From Lama guanicoe (taxonomy: Eukaryota): a stretch of DNA of 64,000 nt. A model generated the notes under the pieces. That model was given only the letters and a program-made list of their open reading frames with translations. It did not search any database and was not told the DNA's origin. Below, piece by piece: positions 24,160-36,122 of this stretch. The stretch covers positions 3,867,922-3,931,921 of the forward strand of contig MU053482.1 of NCBI GenBank assembly GCA_013239625.1, read 5' to 3'. Made by a program: the position numbers and the translations under genes. Positions within the stretch are counted from its first letter, which is position 1, and the number at the start of each line of letters is the position of its first letter.

Positions 24160-25700
24160 GGAGCAGGAACATGGCCAAAACAGAGACCTGTTTTTGACGT
24201 GCATGCCAAGCCTAACTGGGCTCCAAATAAGGTCCATACATTGCCATTGCTTATGTGTCTCTTATGTATCTTTTCACCTATAGGGTCCCTTACTTTCTTT
24301 CCTTAAGGTTCACTTGTTGAGGAAGATGAGCCTTTTGACTTGCAGAGTTTTCCACAGTCTTGAGTTTTGGTGCCTGTCTCCGTGTGGTGTCTGTATCTTG
24401 GTAGATAAATTGAGAGGTTTGGTTAGATTCAGGTTTGATTTTTGCCAAGTCTATTCACAGGTGGTCCATCAGACGGTACATGATATTTAGTTGTCTCTTC
24501 TTTTGTGATATTATAGCTATTGGTAATCATTGATTGGATCCATTAATTCATCAGGGTTGCAAAATGGTGATTGTCTACTTTGATTGTGTCCTGTCTATGA
24601 AATTAGAATGTTTCTTTGGAGAGACATTTCCTCTCGTGAACTGTCTAATTATGATGTACAGTCATATAGAAAAGGAAGGAAAATACTAGATTCTTTCCCT
24701 TTATTTACCAGTTAGCAATTTGTAAACATCTTTGTTGCACTTCAGTCCATTGCTGTGCTAAGCGTCTCACTTGTGTTTGTAGCATCCCTTCATTGGCTAA
24801 CAAAGAGGCACTTATTCAAGTGGCCTCTCAAGACCCTTTGACACAGGCTAGTCATCTTCGATAGCTTCTTTCCTTTTCTGGTATGGAAAAATGATCCAGC
24901 GTCATCTCATAAACTTCTTGTCCTAACCTGCAATCAGCGATTTCTGCAAGGAGCCTTGCTACTTTTATTTTTTTTAAATGGGAAATGGTTTTTCATTGGC
25001 CACAATTTGGGTACTATGATTTTCTTTAATATTGTTTCTAATCATTTTAATCATTGTTTTTAGTTCTTATAAAACAATGGAACTAGAACATATGCATTTA
25101 TTTTTAAACATTAAATATACTATGAGAGTTTTTATTGTTTTGTCTATTGTTTTGGTTTTTCCTGATACTTCTAACTCAAATGAAACCTTATGGATTAAAA
25201 ACAATCTCATCAACCTTATATCTGCATCTTCTTTCAATCGTGTTGCAAATTATAGGCTCTCAGTGACATCAATATAATAGTCATTGATTTATACTGTTAA
25301 TTCTCATTAACAGTATCTAAATTGCAAAAGTAACCCTACAACTAACAATATGACCCCTTAAAACAGTTTAAAATTATTTCCTATTCTTTGTGTTTTTAGA
25401 GCTGATTGCATTAGGGATATGCAGTTAAATTATGTGTTTTAAAGTCACTTGGAAGAGTTCTCTGAGTGATTATGCCTCCAACATTATACATATTTAGGTT
25501 TTTGTTTCGTTTTACTTTCAGTTTTAGGGATTGCTTTTTGAAGTTTAGCTTGTTTCATAATAATGTAAAATATTTGAATGTACCAAAAGTCAAATCTAAA
25601 ATGTAAGGTATATTCATAAAATCCAGTTTCTATTTCTATTCTCTCCATCTTATTCTCTCCCATTCCTATAAGTAATCATTAAACTTTTTTTTATAGTGTA
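24160..25700 (-). mobile_element. Ancient L1 (L1MC/MD-like) 3' UTR
   Basis: Shares diverged motifs with the 12.9-14.8 kb copy (gttgcaaaatggtga, tttctgcaaggagcc, aagtcacttgg). Confidence 0.65.
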
Positions 25701-25709
25701 TCTTTTGCT

Positions 25710-26338
25710 TTAATTTGGGTTTTTCCACACAGCAGACTATGAGACAATGACTTTGTGCAGGGAATTAATTTTGGAGGTGATCCCAGGAGATGGTAATGAG
25801 AGACAGAGGAAGAGGGACACAGAAGGAAGATCAATCTAAGAATGTGTTGTTGAGCTGATAACTACAATGGACAACTGGGACTCAAGTCACAGAGGCCCTT
25901 CTGAGGGACTGTGTAGAATGTGCCTCAGAATTGTCTGCTCAAGAAGTAGAGCCGGGGTGGGGTGGGGGAGGGCAAGGAGGAAGGTGGTAGAGCGTGTGCT
26001 TAGCATGCATGAGGTCCTGGGTTCAATCCCCAGTACCTCCATTTAACAAAAAAATGTGGAAGATGGGAGTATTGAATCACAGCTCCTGTGCCCTTGTCCC
26101 CATTGGTCAAGGATTGTCCTCGTGATGTGAACTCCCTGGAACTTCCAAGTATGCTGATGAACCAGGGTGGTTGTCAGCACTGGCCAACACACCTCAGGGG
26201 AAAATGCAGCTTGGGCAGGGGCTGTGACTGGCTACAGCTGTGTGCAGCTGGCTGCTGCAGCAGTGGTTGCATGGAGGTGATATATGACCTGCAAAAATGT
26301 AAGATGGGGCATAAAGAGTCCAACAGATCCTTGCATTG
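25710..26338 (-). mobile_element. Ancient ERVL-type solo LTR (LTR16/LTR40-like), interrupted by a SINE
   Basis: agcagactatgagacaatga...ttggaggtgatcccagga resembles antisense ERVL LTR starts as recalled. Confidence 0.55.
25954..26054 (+). mobile_element. tRNA-derived camelid-type SINE (vic-1-like)
   Basis: gtggtagagcgtgtgcttagcatgcatgaggtcctgggttcaatccccagtacctcca plus A-rich tail; B box ggttcaatccc. Confidence 0.88.
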
Positions 26339-26344
26339 TGGATT

Positions 26345-26920
26345 TTTAAAAAACAATAGGCATATTGTTTCTCTTCTAGATAAATGGTAAAATAACACTT
26401 TATTCTCAGTTTCTTTCTTCACTTAACCTAGTATCTTAGAGATCACTCCACAGAAGAAGGTAATCTTCTTCATTCCTTTTCACAGGTGCCTACAACTCCT
26501 TGTACAGATCTACCACAGTTTATTCAACCAATCCCCTCTTGATGTTTGGGTGGTTTCTAGTCTTCTGCATTTACAGATACTGCTGCAATGAATACTCTCA
26601 TTCATTCATTTTTTTACCTTCATATTTTGCCAGTGTTCCTTTAGAATGAATTCCTAGTGGAATTATGGCTTAAAAGGTGACTAAATCTGTAATTTTGCAG
26701 AATAATGCCAAACATAACCTTTTGAATTCCCAACAACCATGTATAAGAATGCTGTTTCCCCATAGACTCACCAACAGAATTGGTTGTCAAGCTTTTGGAT
26801 TTTTGCCAATTGGGTGATAAGAAATGATATCTCAGTATAATTTTAATGTTCATTTCTCTTATAATAAGTGAGGTTGCACTTTTTTTCATCTAGTTAAGAG
26901 TATCTGCATTTTGGGGGGAA
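26345..26920 (-). mobile_element. Ancient L1 (L1ME-like) fragment
   Basis: Minus ORF 26641-26889 (TSLIIREMNIKIILRYH) resembles the ORF2 pre-CCHC region. Confidence 0.75.
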
Positions 26921-26924
26921 CTAT

Positions 26925-26982
26925 TTTAACTTAAGTGTGCATCAGAATCACCTGGAGGGCTTGTTAAAACACAGCTGTTGGA
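26925..26982. mobile_element. MER5A-like hAT MITE fragment
   Basis: gtgcatcagaatcacctggagggcttgttaaaacacag matches the MER5A hallmark. Confidence 0.75.
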
Positions 26983-27160
26983 GGCGCTGGGAACTTTAAG
27001 TTCAATTTGTGTTTGCCACCTTATCAGCAATAACGAAACAGTACAACAGCAAAAATAAAAACAGCTGCCACAAACACAGCACCTACTTCACACCAGGCAC
27101 TATTCTAAGGGCTTCAATTATATTAACTAATTTAATTCTTTTAAGGATCTATTCTTCTTA

Positions 27161-29043
27161 AAGCAAAAATAAATGAATGGGACTTAATTAAACTTATAAG
27201 CTTTTGCACAAAGGAAACCAAAAACAAAATGAAAAGACAACCTATGGACTGGGAGAAAAGATCTGCAAATGATGTGAGTGACAAGGGCTTAATTTCCAGA
27301 ATATACAAACAGCTCATACAACTCAATAACAGCAACACCAAAACAACCCAATCAAAAAATGGGCAGAAGACCTAAATAGATATTTCTCCAAAGAAGATAC
27401 ACAGATAGCCAATAGGCACATGAAAAGATGTTTAATATTGCTAATTATCAGAGAAAAACAAATCAAAACTACAATGAAGTATCACCTCACACAGATCAGA
27501 ATAGTTGCCTTTGAAAACTCTATAAATAAATGCTGGACAAAGTGTGGAGAAAATGGAACCCTCCTAAACTGTTAATGAGAATGTAGTTTGGTGCAGCCAC
27601 TACGGAGAACCATATAGAGGTTCCTTAAAAAACTAAATATAGAGTTACCATATGATCCAGCAATCCCGCTCCTTGGCCTATATCCAGAGAAGACTCTAAT
27701 CAAAAGGATACATGTACCCCAATATTCATAGCAGCATTATTTACAATAGTCAAGATGTGGAAGAAAACTAAATGTCCACTGACAGATGATTGAATAGAGA
27801 AGTTGTTGTATACATATACAATGGAATACTACTTAGCTGTAAAAAATGAAATATTGCCATTTGCAGCAACATGGATGGACCTAGAGATTATCATATGAAG
27901 TCAGTCAGGCATATGATATCACTTATATGTGGAATCTAAAAAAATGATACAAATGAATTTATTTACGAACAAAAATAGACTCACAGGTGAGGTATCGCCT
28001 CACACCAGTCAGAATGGCCATCATTCAAAAATCCACAAATGACAAATGCTGGAGAGGCTGTGGAGAAAAGGGAACCCTCCTACATTGCTGGTGGGAATGC
28101 AGTTTGGTGCAGCCATTGTGGAAAACAGTATGGAGATTCCTCAAAAGACTAGGAGAAGACTTACCATATGACCCAGGAATCCCACTCCTGGGCATATATC
28201 CAGAAGGAACCCTACTTCAAAATGACACCTGCAACATAGAAGCATACAATAGCCAAGACATGGAAACAGCCTAAATGTCCATCAACAGATGACTGGATAA
28301 AGAAGAGGTGGTATATTTATACAGTGGAATACTATTCAGCCATAAAACAGACAATATAACGTCATTTGCAGCAACATGGGTGTTTCTGGAGAATGTCATT
28401 CTAAGTGAAATAAGCCAGAAAGAGAAAGAAAAATACCATATGAGATCACTCATATGTGGAATCTAAAAAACAAAACAAAACAAAACATAAATACAAAACA
28501 GAAACAGACTCATAAACATAGAATACAAACTTGTGGCTGCCAAGGGGGCAAGGGGTGGGAAGGGATAGACTGGGATTTCAAAATGTAGAATAGATAAACA
28601 AGATTATACTGTACAGCACAGGGAACTATATACAAGATCTTATGGTAGCTCACAGAGAAAAAAAATATGACAATGAATATACATATGTTTATGTGTAACT
28701 GAAAAATTGTGCTTTACACTGGAATTTGACACAACATTGTGAAATGATTATAAATCAATAAAAAATCTTAAAACAAAAAACATTGACTCAAAGGCATAGA
28801 AAACAAACACATGGTTATCAAAGGAAAAGAGGTGTAGAGGGATAAATGAGGAGTTTGGGATTAGCAGATATACACTACTGTATATAAAATAGATAAACAA
28901 CAAGTTCCTACTATATAGCACAGAGAACTATATTCAATATCTTGTAATAAACTATAATGAAAAAGAATATATATGTATGTGTAACTGAGTCACCATGCTG
29001 TACACCAGTCAGCATTGTAAGTCAAATATACTTCAATAAAAAA
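27161..29043 (+). mobile_element. 5'-truncated L1 (ORF2 3' part plus 3' UTR), host of a nested L1
   Basis: aaagcaaaaataaatgaatgggacttaattaaactta...cttcaataaaaaaa. TSD atctatt(c/a)ttctta at 27147-27160 and 29044-29057. Confidence 0.93.
27988..28777 (+). mobile_element. Younger L1 nested in the host L1 3' UTR
   Basis: The ORF gives [37 protein letters not shown] (L1 ORF2 CCHC motif) and the 3' UTR is distinct from the host. Degenerate TSD (14/17) at 27971-27987 and 28778-28794. Confidence 0.93.
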
Positions 29044-29643
29044 ATCTATTATTCTTACTTTCATTTTTGAGCTGAGATGACTGGGCACACAGGAAAAGCA
29101 GCTGGCTCAAGCTAGTGAGTAGAGCTCAGGATTTGAACCCGGGCAGTCTGGGCTTTTAACCATGACTGCTTCCTGCCCAAATGGCAAATTCACAGCAAAG
29201 AGTCATTCAGATGGACATTAGAAAAATCTTAACCCTCTATGATTGGGCAGTTTCTAGGTCCTACGAATGGTCTCTCCTCAACCTCTCCCCCATGGGTAAC
29301 AGAGCTGTGGAGATCAGTCAGGAGGCAATGGGTAGGACTGCAAACAGGGAGTTTCACAGGGGAAGTTCTGGTCTCCTAACTCCAGGAGTCAGGGGCGGGG
29401 GAGGGTGGTGGAAGAGGAATGGAAGACCCCACCCAGATTCTGCAACGTTTTCTTATTGAACTACCAGGTACCCTGCACCAATTTTCCCCAAGAGTCAGTC
29501 TTGGTCCTGGGAGGATCCATAGGCAAAGAACCAAATCCTTCCCCCAGGCCCTCCAATCCTTCTACCTGCTTATTTTGCCTTATTTCTCCTGAAATCCTGT
29601 AATGGAAGGGCTCTGACTTCCCTTCAGAGAGAAAATTTTACTG

Positions 29644-29974
29644 TGTAAAAGACTAATAACTAGAAACCTTCATTAAACAGAATCAGGAGGTCAGAAGGGG
29701 AGCTCTCACATCCTATGATGACAGCAGAGCCCAACAGGAAGGAGACTCCTCTTCTTTCCTGGCAAGGACTCAGCCAATGAAAAGCCCTGGACTCTTGGAT
29801 TACTGTAGCCCTCCCAACTTCCTTTCCCCTCTATAAAAGCGTTCTTCCCTTGCCCTGTGGAGACTTGCCTGTGGTTCGCTGGGGTTCCAGACTCTGAAGT
29901 GCAATTCTCTGCTGATCCAGGATAAATCCATACTTCCCGGAGAAATAATTCACAGTCTATGTTTCAGGTCAACA
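29644..29974 (+). mobile_element. ERV1-type solo LTR
   Basis: tgtaaaag...tcaaca termini, CCAAT 29774-29778, TATAAAA 29832-29838, near 4-bp TSD actg/aatg. Confidence 0.8.
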
Positions 29975-30052
29975 AATGCATAGTCTTCTGGGAGGGAAAC
30001 ACATTGTTGTGGTTGATTTTCGGTCTCAGTGCATTTGATGGGATCCACTCCT

Positions 30053-32294
30053 GCCTTTCTCGGGTAGACTGCCCATCTCCACTTCACTTGGTTCTCTTTC
30101 AGGAGCTTTATCTTGTTCTTTCGTCTGGAACACATTCCTCTGCCGCGTCATTTTGTCTGAGTTGCTATTTGTATTTTTATGTATGTGGTGGGTTATTTAC
30201 GTTTCTCAACCTCGGAGCAGTGGCCCTCTGAAGGAGACGTTCTATGCGTCCCAGCAGTGCACTCCCCTCTCACTCTAGGCTCCTCATACGCCCTGTGGGT
30301 TCCCCCCTAAGAGGGCTGCATGGGTCCTTCTGTTGTGATGGGCTATGTGAGTGGTCTGGTAGGCTTGGTTGGCCCCTAGTCCAGTTAGTTGCCAGGCCCA
30401 CCTTGTTCGGACGCTGCTCGATGCTGTTTAGTGGGGCCTGGTTACAAGGTGGCTGGCTGTGGAACCATAGGGGCCCCGGGGCTAGTACTGGCTTACTGGT
30501 GGGCGGATTCAGGGTCCTGAAGTCTCTGTGGCTGCTGCCCACTCATTGGCAGGTGAAGCCAGATCCTGGGGTTAATGCCGGACGACTGGCAGGCGGAGCT
30601 GGTTCCTGGAGTCTGGCTGCAGGGCCGAGGGATCCCAGAGCTTGTTTCAGATGGTTGTTGGGGTGGGGGGGCTGTTCCAGACATCGTTGAGTTTGGGGTC
30701 CGGGTGTCCCGAAGTTTGCATTGTCCTGCTGGTGGGCAGGGCCAGGGCCCGGGCCCAGCTGGTCCCAGCTGGTCCCAGCTGGTCTCAGCATAGGGTCCGG
30801 CTTGCTGCTGGCGGCTGGGTCCCAAGGCTGCCAGAGCCTAGTTCTCTGCTTCTGGTGTTGGCCTCTGGTGGGTGAGGCGGGTCTAGAGGCTCGTGCCCGC
30901 TTCCTGGCGGGAGGGGCAGGTGCCTGCCCACTGGCGAGTGGAGCCGGGTCTTGGCCCTCTGGTGGGCAGCGCGTGTCTAGTGCAGTGTCTAGTGCCGTGC
31001 GGAGACGCCCTGGAGGGTGGGCTCTCGAACTCTGTAGGCTGCCTGTCTGTTGATGGGTGGGGCTGTGTCCTGGAGCAGTTCGCTGTTTGGTCCGCGTCGC
31101 CCCAGCACTGGCGCCTGCGGGCTGCTGGGCGGGGCCAATGAGCTCGCGGGAGCTGCCACACAACGACGCCGCCAGCACCGCGTTCCTCACGGTACAGCGA
31201 GATCCCAAGTGTGGCTGCCGCCAGTGTCTCTGTCCCCAGGGTGACCCTCAGCTGCCCCCCGGCTCTCCAAGGGACTCTCCAAGACCAGCAGGTAGGTCTG
31301 GCCCGGGCTCCTGTCAAATGACTGCTTTTGCCCCGGTTCCGGGAGCGTGTGAGATTTTGTGTGTGTTCTTTAAGTGTGGAATCTGTTTTTCCCTCATTTT
31401 CATGGGACTCCTGCAGTTAAGCGCTGCTGGCCTTCAAAACCAAATGCTCTGGAGAACTTGTCTTCCAGAGCCAGACCACTGGGCTAGGGAGCCTGATGTG
31501 GGGCTCAGAACTCTTGCTCCTGTGGGAAAACCTCAGCAAAATAACTATTCTCCAGTTCGTGGGTCACCTGCTCCAGAGTGGGGATATGGGATTTCCTTAT
31601 ATTGCAAGTCGGCTGCTCCTACTGTTGCCGAAGTTCACATACTCCACACACAGTGAGGCCAAACCAACCAGAAGCCTTTGCTCAAAAACTCTGACCTCCC
31701 TGATGCTTTTGGGGAGAAGTTTTTATAAGCAAAATTTGGGGTGAGGCCTGCAGGGTGTGTAACTTTCTTCTGATTGGTTGGCGGTGAGATCACAGGGCAG
31801 TGCTCCAGGCATCCTGTGCTCAGCCTGAAGTTACCATCCTCCACCCAGTTGGGGGCCTTAGTTTCAACAGAAGAACTCAGCTATACTGTTGTTATGTGTA
31901 CTCCTTGAGGAGGAACCAGGACCCTGCCCTGAGGCTGCACTACTGTTTCTTGGCTGCTCCTCCTTTTTTCCTGATTCCTTTACTTCCCTGATTAGTAATT
32001 GTTTGAATCTGCTTTTTGGTATTCAGGATGGTCCAGAAGGCTGAAGCCTTTTTCCTGCAAATAAGAAATGGGGAACAGGGAAAGGCTTTTGTGCCCAGGA
32101 AGTCCCCACAGGGTCCTACTCGGTTTCACCACCTGTCTCATTGTGGTTCCTTCTTTATGTCTTTGGCTACAGAAGATCCCTTCTTGTAGGTTCCAATCTT
32201 TTGCATTGATAATTATTCTGCAGATAGCTGTGATTATGGTGTGCTCCCGAGAGGAGGTGATCCCAGGGTCTTTCTACTCTATCATCTTGGCTGC
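30053..32294 (-). mobile_element. L1 5' UTR plus first ~33 codons of ORF1 (3'-truncated), interrupted by an LTR
   Basis: The minus strand begins gcagccaagatgatagagtagaaagaccctg (L1 5' terminus with a decayed YY1-type caagatgg). The ATG at 30151 gives MTRQRNVFQTKEQDKAPEREPSEVEMGSLPEK, resembling the ORF1 N-terminus. Confidence 0.82.
31623..32128 (-). mobile_element. ERV1-type solo LTR inserted in the L1 5' UTR
   Basis: Minus strand tgaaaccgag...ggcaaca, CCAAT (plus attgg ~31773) and TATAAAA (plus ttttata ~31721-31727). Near-TSD ctac/ccac, and the host resumes colinearly. Confidence 0.85.
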
Positions 32295-33039
32295 TTTCCA
32301 CTGGTCCACTCCTGCCTTGAAGCGTGTGTGTATGTGATGGGAGGGCTTGGTTAGAAAGCAGGAGGACCTGGGTCTGATTAGTCAGGGAGGTGGTGTCAAA
32401 AAGGAAGGAATGCTGGAAATAATATTTAGGCAGCACTTTATGGTTAACAAAGCACATTTATATCCATTGATCTTCATGGAAACCTGAGAAAATATGTCTC
32501 ATATCCGCATTTTACAAGAAGAATCTGTAGCCAGAGAGATGGGTAGTGGATGGAGCCAGGACTTGACACCAGGTATCTGACACCAAACCTGTGTCATCTT
32601 GGGCACATGGCAAGAGGGGGAGAGGGAGCAGAAAAGAGGGGATGGGCGCACAGTGACATGGAGTTTCAACCCCTTTCCCTTGTGCATGGAAGGAGGGCAA
32701 AGGAAGCAAATGCTCCATGGGGCAAGCCACAGCCCAGAATTTCTGAGATAGCACCAAGCCACCCCTCCCAGGCTTTGGCTGGTCTGAAGAGGGGTGAGTG
32801 ATGCCTTTGGGAGCACATCACCCTATGTTTATATTTCTGCAACTGCAGTGAGCTCCCGTCTCTTGGCTTTCACTTCAAGTCTCCATTACATCTGGGGTAA
32901 TGTGGGGTAAGCTGTGACTTCTTTGGCCAGGGGAGTGATGGGGAGCATTTCGGGACACTCGTCAAGCCTGTGCCCTCAGCTTCACCTCCCTGGGGCCTAG
33001 AAGCTGGAAGTCAGCTCAGCCTGCCTGGGAACCAGTGAA

Positions 33040-33290
33040 AAAACAGTAATAATGAAAACAGACTCTACACTTGTATAGCTGCTTGTAAGAATCTCAGATG
33101 AATTGTGTTCTTCTGTCTTCTCAATAACCCCTGGAAGAGTGTTCTTTGAATATGTTTTACAAATGGAGAAACTGAGGTTCAGAGAGACCAAGTGACTCCC
33201 CAGAGGGCACGGGGCTGGAGGGTGGCAGAGGTGGGCCTCTCCCTCGGGTCTGTTTGACTCCAAAGTCCTGGCCCTCCCCCTGCTCAGAGA
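33040..33290 (-). mobile_element. MIR SINE
   Basis: ttttacaaatggagaaactgaggttcagagag. Confidence 0.8.
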
Positions 33291-33520
33291 GCACTGGAGT
33301 TTGACGCAGGCTTTGCCATTCAGACTGCCAAGTGGAAACTCTGCAAGATAGATAATGAGGAAGTCATTTTTCAGGGGATCAATGTGGAATGAAAGATTAA
33401 TTGGTGAAACCCTGCCAAAAGGAGGATGCTACAGTCTGGACTCTGTGCCAGGAAACTCAGAGCACCAGGAGGAGGGAGAACACTTCCAGAGGAGAAAGCT
33501 CATGGGAGAGAAACGTAGGC

Positions 33521-33566
33521 TGCTCCCCTGGGCACTCATGCTCCCCTGGGCACTCATGCACCCCTG
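33521..33566. repeat. 18-bp tandem duplication (2.5 units)
   Basis: tgctcccctgggcactca twice, then tgcacccctg. Confidence 0.95.
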
Positions 33567-36122
33567 TTCAGAGGCTGGCCACCTACTGGCTCCTTGTGCC
33601 CAAGTTATCTTGGGGACCTGGTGTCTCTCTGTCTCCTGCCTCCCATGCAGGCAGCCGTTTCTGCGGGAGGCCTGCCGGTACCACACCTCTCGGGGACTTG
33701 CTCATCTTATCCGTCAGTCTCACCGCCTGGGGCTGGCTCTGCTTCTGTTTTCCCTGCCTACCCCTTGGATGTGTTTCCTAGGGAGGTTGGGTCACACTGT
33801 GGAAAGGGGGCAGGGCAGCGTGGAATCCAGACCCCATCACTTTTGGTGTCATCTTAGGTCCTTACCCTCTCTGAGCCTCCTTCCCCTCGACTGTAAGATA
33901 AGGACAATATACCCTCCAGGAAGAGCTGTGAGGAGGATGCCAGTCAGGTGTGGAAACCTCCCAGCCCAGGCCTGGAGAAACTGTTCAGCGAGAGGGGGCC
34001 GTTCAAACCCTGACTCTCAGAGCTGGTCGGTTCTGATCTAGGACTCTCATTACTTCTGACCTAACTGCCCTGTGCTGGGAAGAGGAGCTGGGTCAGGGGC
34101 AGGTGGGGAGGGCAGCTTTCTGCACAAGCCTTCCCTGGTCTTGCTAACCTCCTGCACACTTTGCCTTCCCCTGATACCTCCCCAGACTGCTCCCAGCTCA
34201 TGGAGGTGGATGCAGTTCAATGTGTGTAAGCTGTCCCTGGCAGGACCCCGTTCCAGTGCCAGAGCCCCCAGGCCATCCAGGCTGGTGCTTCAGGGTCCAT
34301 GCCCTGCAGACCTAGACTTCTTCCTCCCTCAGCGCTGGGTAGAGCCAGGGGTGGTCAAACCTTTCCACTCGCTTGTCCAGGAGAGGCCCCAGGCCCTGAA
34401 ACTAGGTGAGACGGGCTGCTGGGGTGCAGCCTCAAAGCTCAAAGGTTACGCTTCTCCCAGAGGAGCCAGTTCCAGTAGCTAAAATGCCTTCAGGGGAAGG
34501 TTCCCTCCCCTTCTCTGCATCATACCTGGTGGCGTGGGTGACAGCGTGGTAGGGGAACCATGAAAGCACAGCAGGACCAGGCCTGTGGGCAAGAGAGGTG
34601 CCAAGGCTGATCAGGCCTAGAGCTTGGCAGGGTTGTTGGGTGAGATGAAATGTCCATGGAGTGCAGAGCACTTGAGCCTGGCATGGGTTGGCATCACCAT
34701 CTGGAGACCTAGGAGGAGGGGCAGTAGGCATCTCCTGGAAATGGTGGCACTCAGAGTGGACCGGCAGAGCATGTAGTGTCAGGTGGGTGGTAACGGCAGA
34801 GACTGCAGAAGGAGGATCCTGTACCCAGAGGAATGATGTTGAGACCTAAGTCAGGAGCTATACTATAACTTTGGAGGCCAGGGCTCAGGGCACAGGCGAT
34901 CCCAGCAGAGAACCGACATGCTGGGAGAGGTGAGTGGAAGCCCAGTCATAGGGCCTGGGTCAACGTGGTAGGAGCCTGGGGGAGTCGATGAGTCTGTGAG
35001 AACATGGAGGTTCAGGGCTCTCTTGACCTGCCCCATCGCCCACCCTGCTGATGGAACTGAGACTCCCAACCTTCTCCCCATCCTGGTACGGGGAAACCGT
35101 AAAGACCGGCCAGGCTGACTGTACAGATGTCTGACTTGAGTGTACAGCCAGAAGGAGCTGGAGAAGGCAGGGTTTTCGGCTTTTCTACTGGTTCTAACTC
35201 AGGGTTTCTATCCTCCCCGCCCCCTGCCCCTCCCAAACACCGTGCTTCCCTGGCTTCCACCTGGTCTTGGGTTTTCCTTCTTACATTGCCAACCTCTTGG
35301 CAACCACAGGCTTCTCTGGTTAACAACCAACAGAGTCTTCTCATAGTGATGATGCTCTCAGGTTTGAAAAGTTCTTATTTATTCCCCGATATGAAATGCC
35401 TCAAACTCCTGATCATCTCTGCTAGAGAAATGCTCAGCCCTGAGGAGGGGCTGAGGGGCAGGGGGTGGGGCGCTCATGAAGTCCCAAGAAGAAGGGGCAG
35501 AAGCGTGCAGGCTCCATCCTCCAAGGAGACAAGTGGGTGTGAAAACATTAGACATGCAGACGGGGTGGGGATGGAAATGAGAGTCAGACTTGGGGAAATG
35601 ACTGCACAAAGCTCCAGGGCAGTATACAAGGAGATGAGGAGATGTGTATGCAGAGCACAGGGGCTCCCTGCAAAAGGCCAGGCGTGGTGGTTCATTCCTC
35701 CAGCTGATTATTCTCTCGGCCATTTCTGGGCACCTACTTTGAGCCAGGGCGAGGACATGTAAATGAGGAAGACACTATTCTTGCCCTCCAGGAATCCCCA
35801 ACCTAATCAGAGAGTCAGACCAACAAATGGGCCATTTTCAAACAGTTGGGAAATCATGGAGTATTAGAGGAGTGGGAAGGGAAGGGGCCTCTGGCTCAGC
35901 TGGGGGTGCGGAGTGATGGAGGGTAGGGCAGAGAAGGCGGAATCAGGAGACTGGAGATCTCCAGGGGTGGATTCTTTGACCATGGCTGGCCCCCAGAGAG
36001 CCAGAAGTCCTGGAGGGGGCTGGGAGAATGAGCTGGCCACCCAGGATAAGGGCTTTTTGATAGATATAACTCAGGATCAGTGAGAATCCAGCCTGCTGGC
36101 TAAGGTGGTCATGAGTTGACAT

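Larger units (their letters stand above)
27070..29170 (-). mobile_element. MIR SINE split by the L1 insertion at 27161-29043
   Basis: Left piece ccaggcactattctaagggctt...atttaattctt; right piece cattttt...agctcaggatttgaacccgggcagtctg. Confidence 0.7.

Noticed and set aside
30244..31656. Many overlapping ORFs up to 221 aa
   Set aside because: GC-rich L1 5' UTR depleted of stop codons on both strands; no protein family recognised.
33355..35762. Long ORFs of 228, 136 and 211 aa
   Set aside because: Low-information Leu/Ser/Pro/Arg/Gly composition, overlap with a MIR-like remnant, and no recognisable domains or exon structure.
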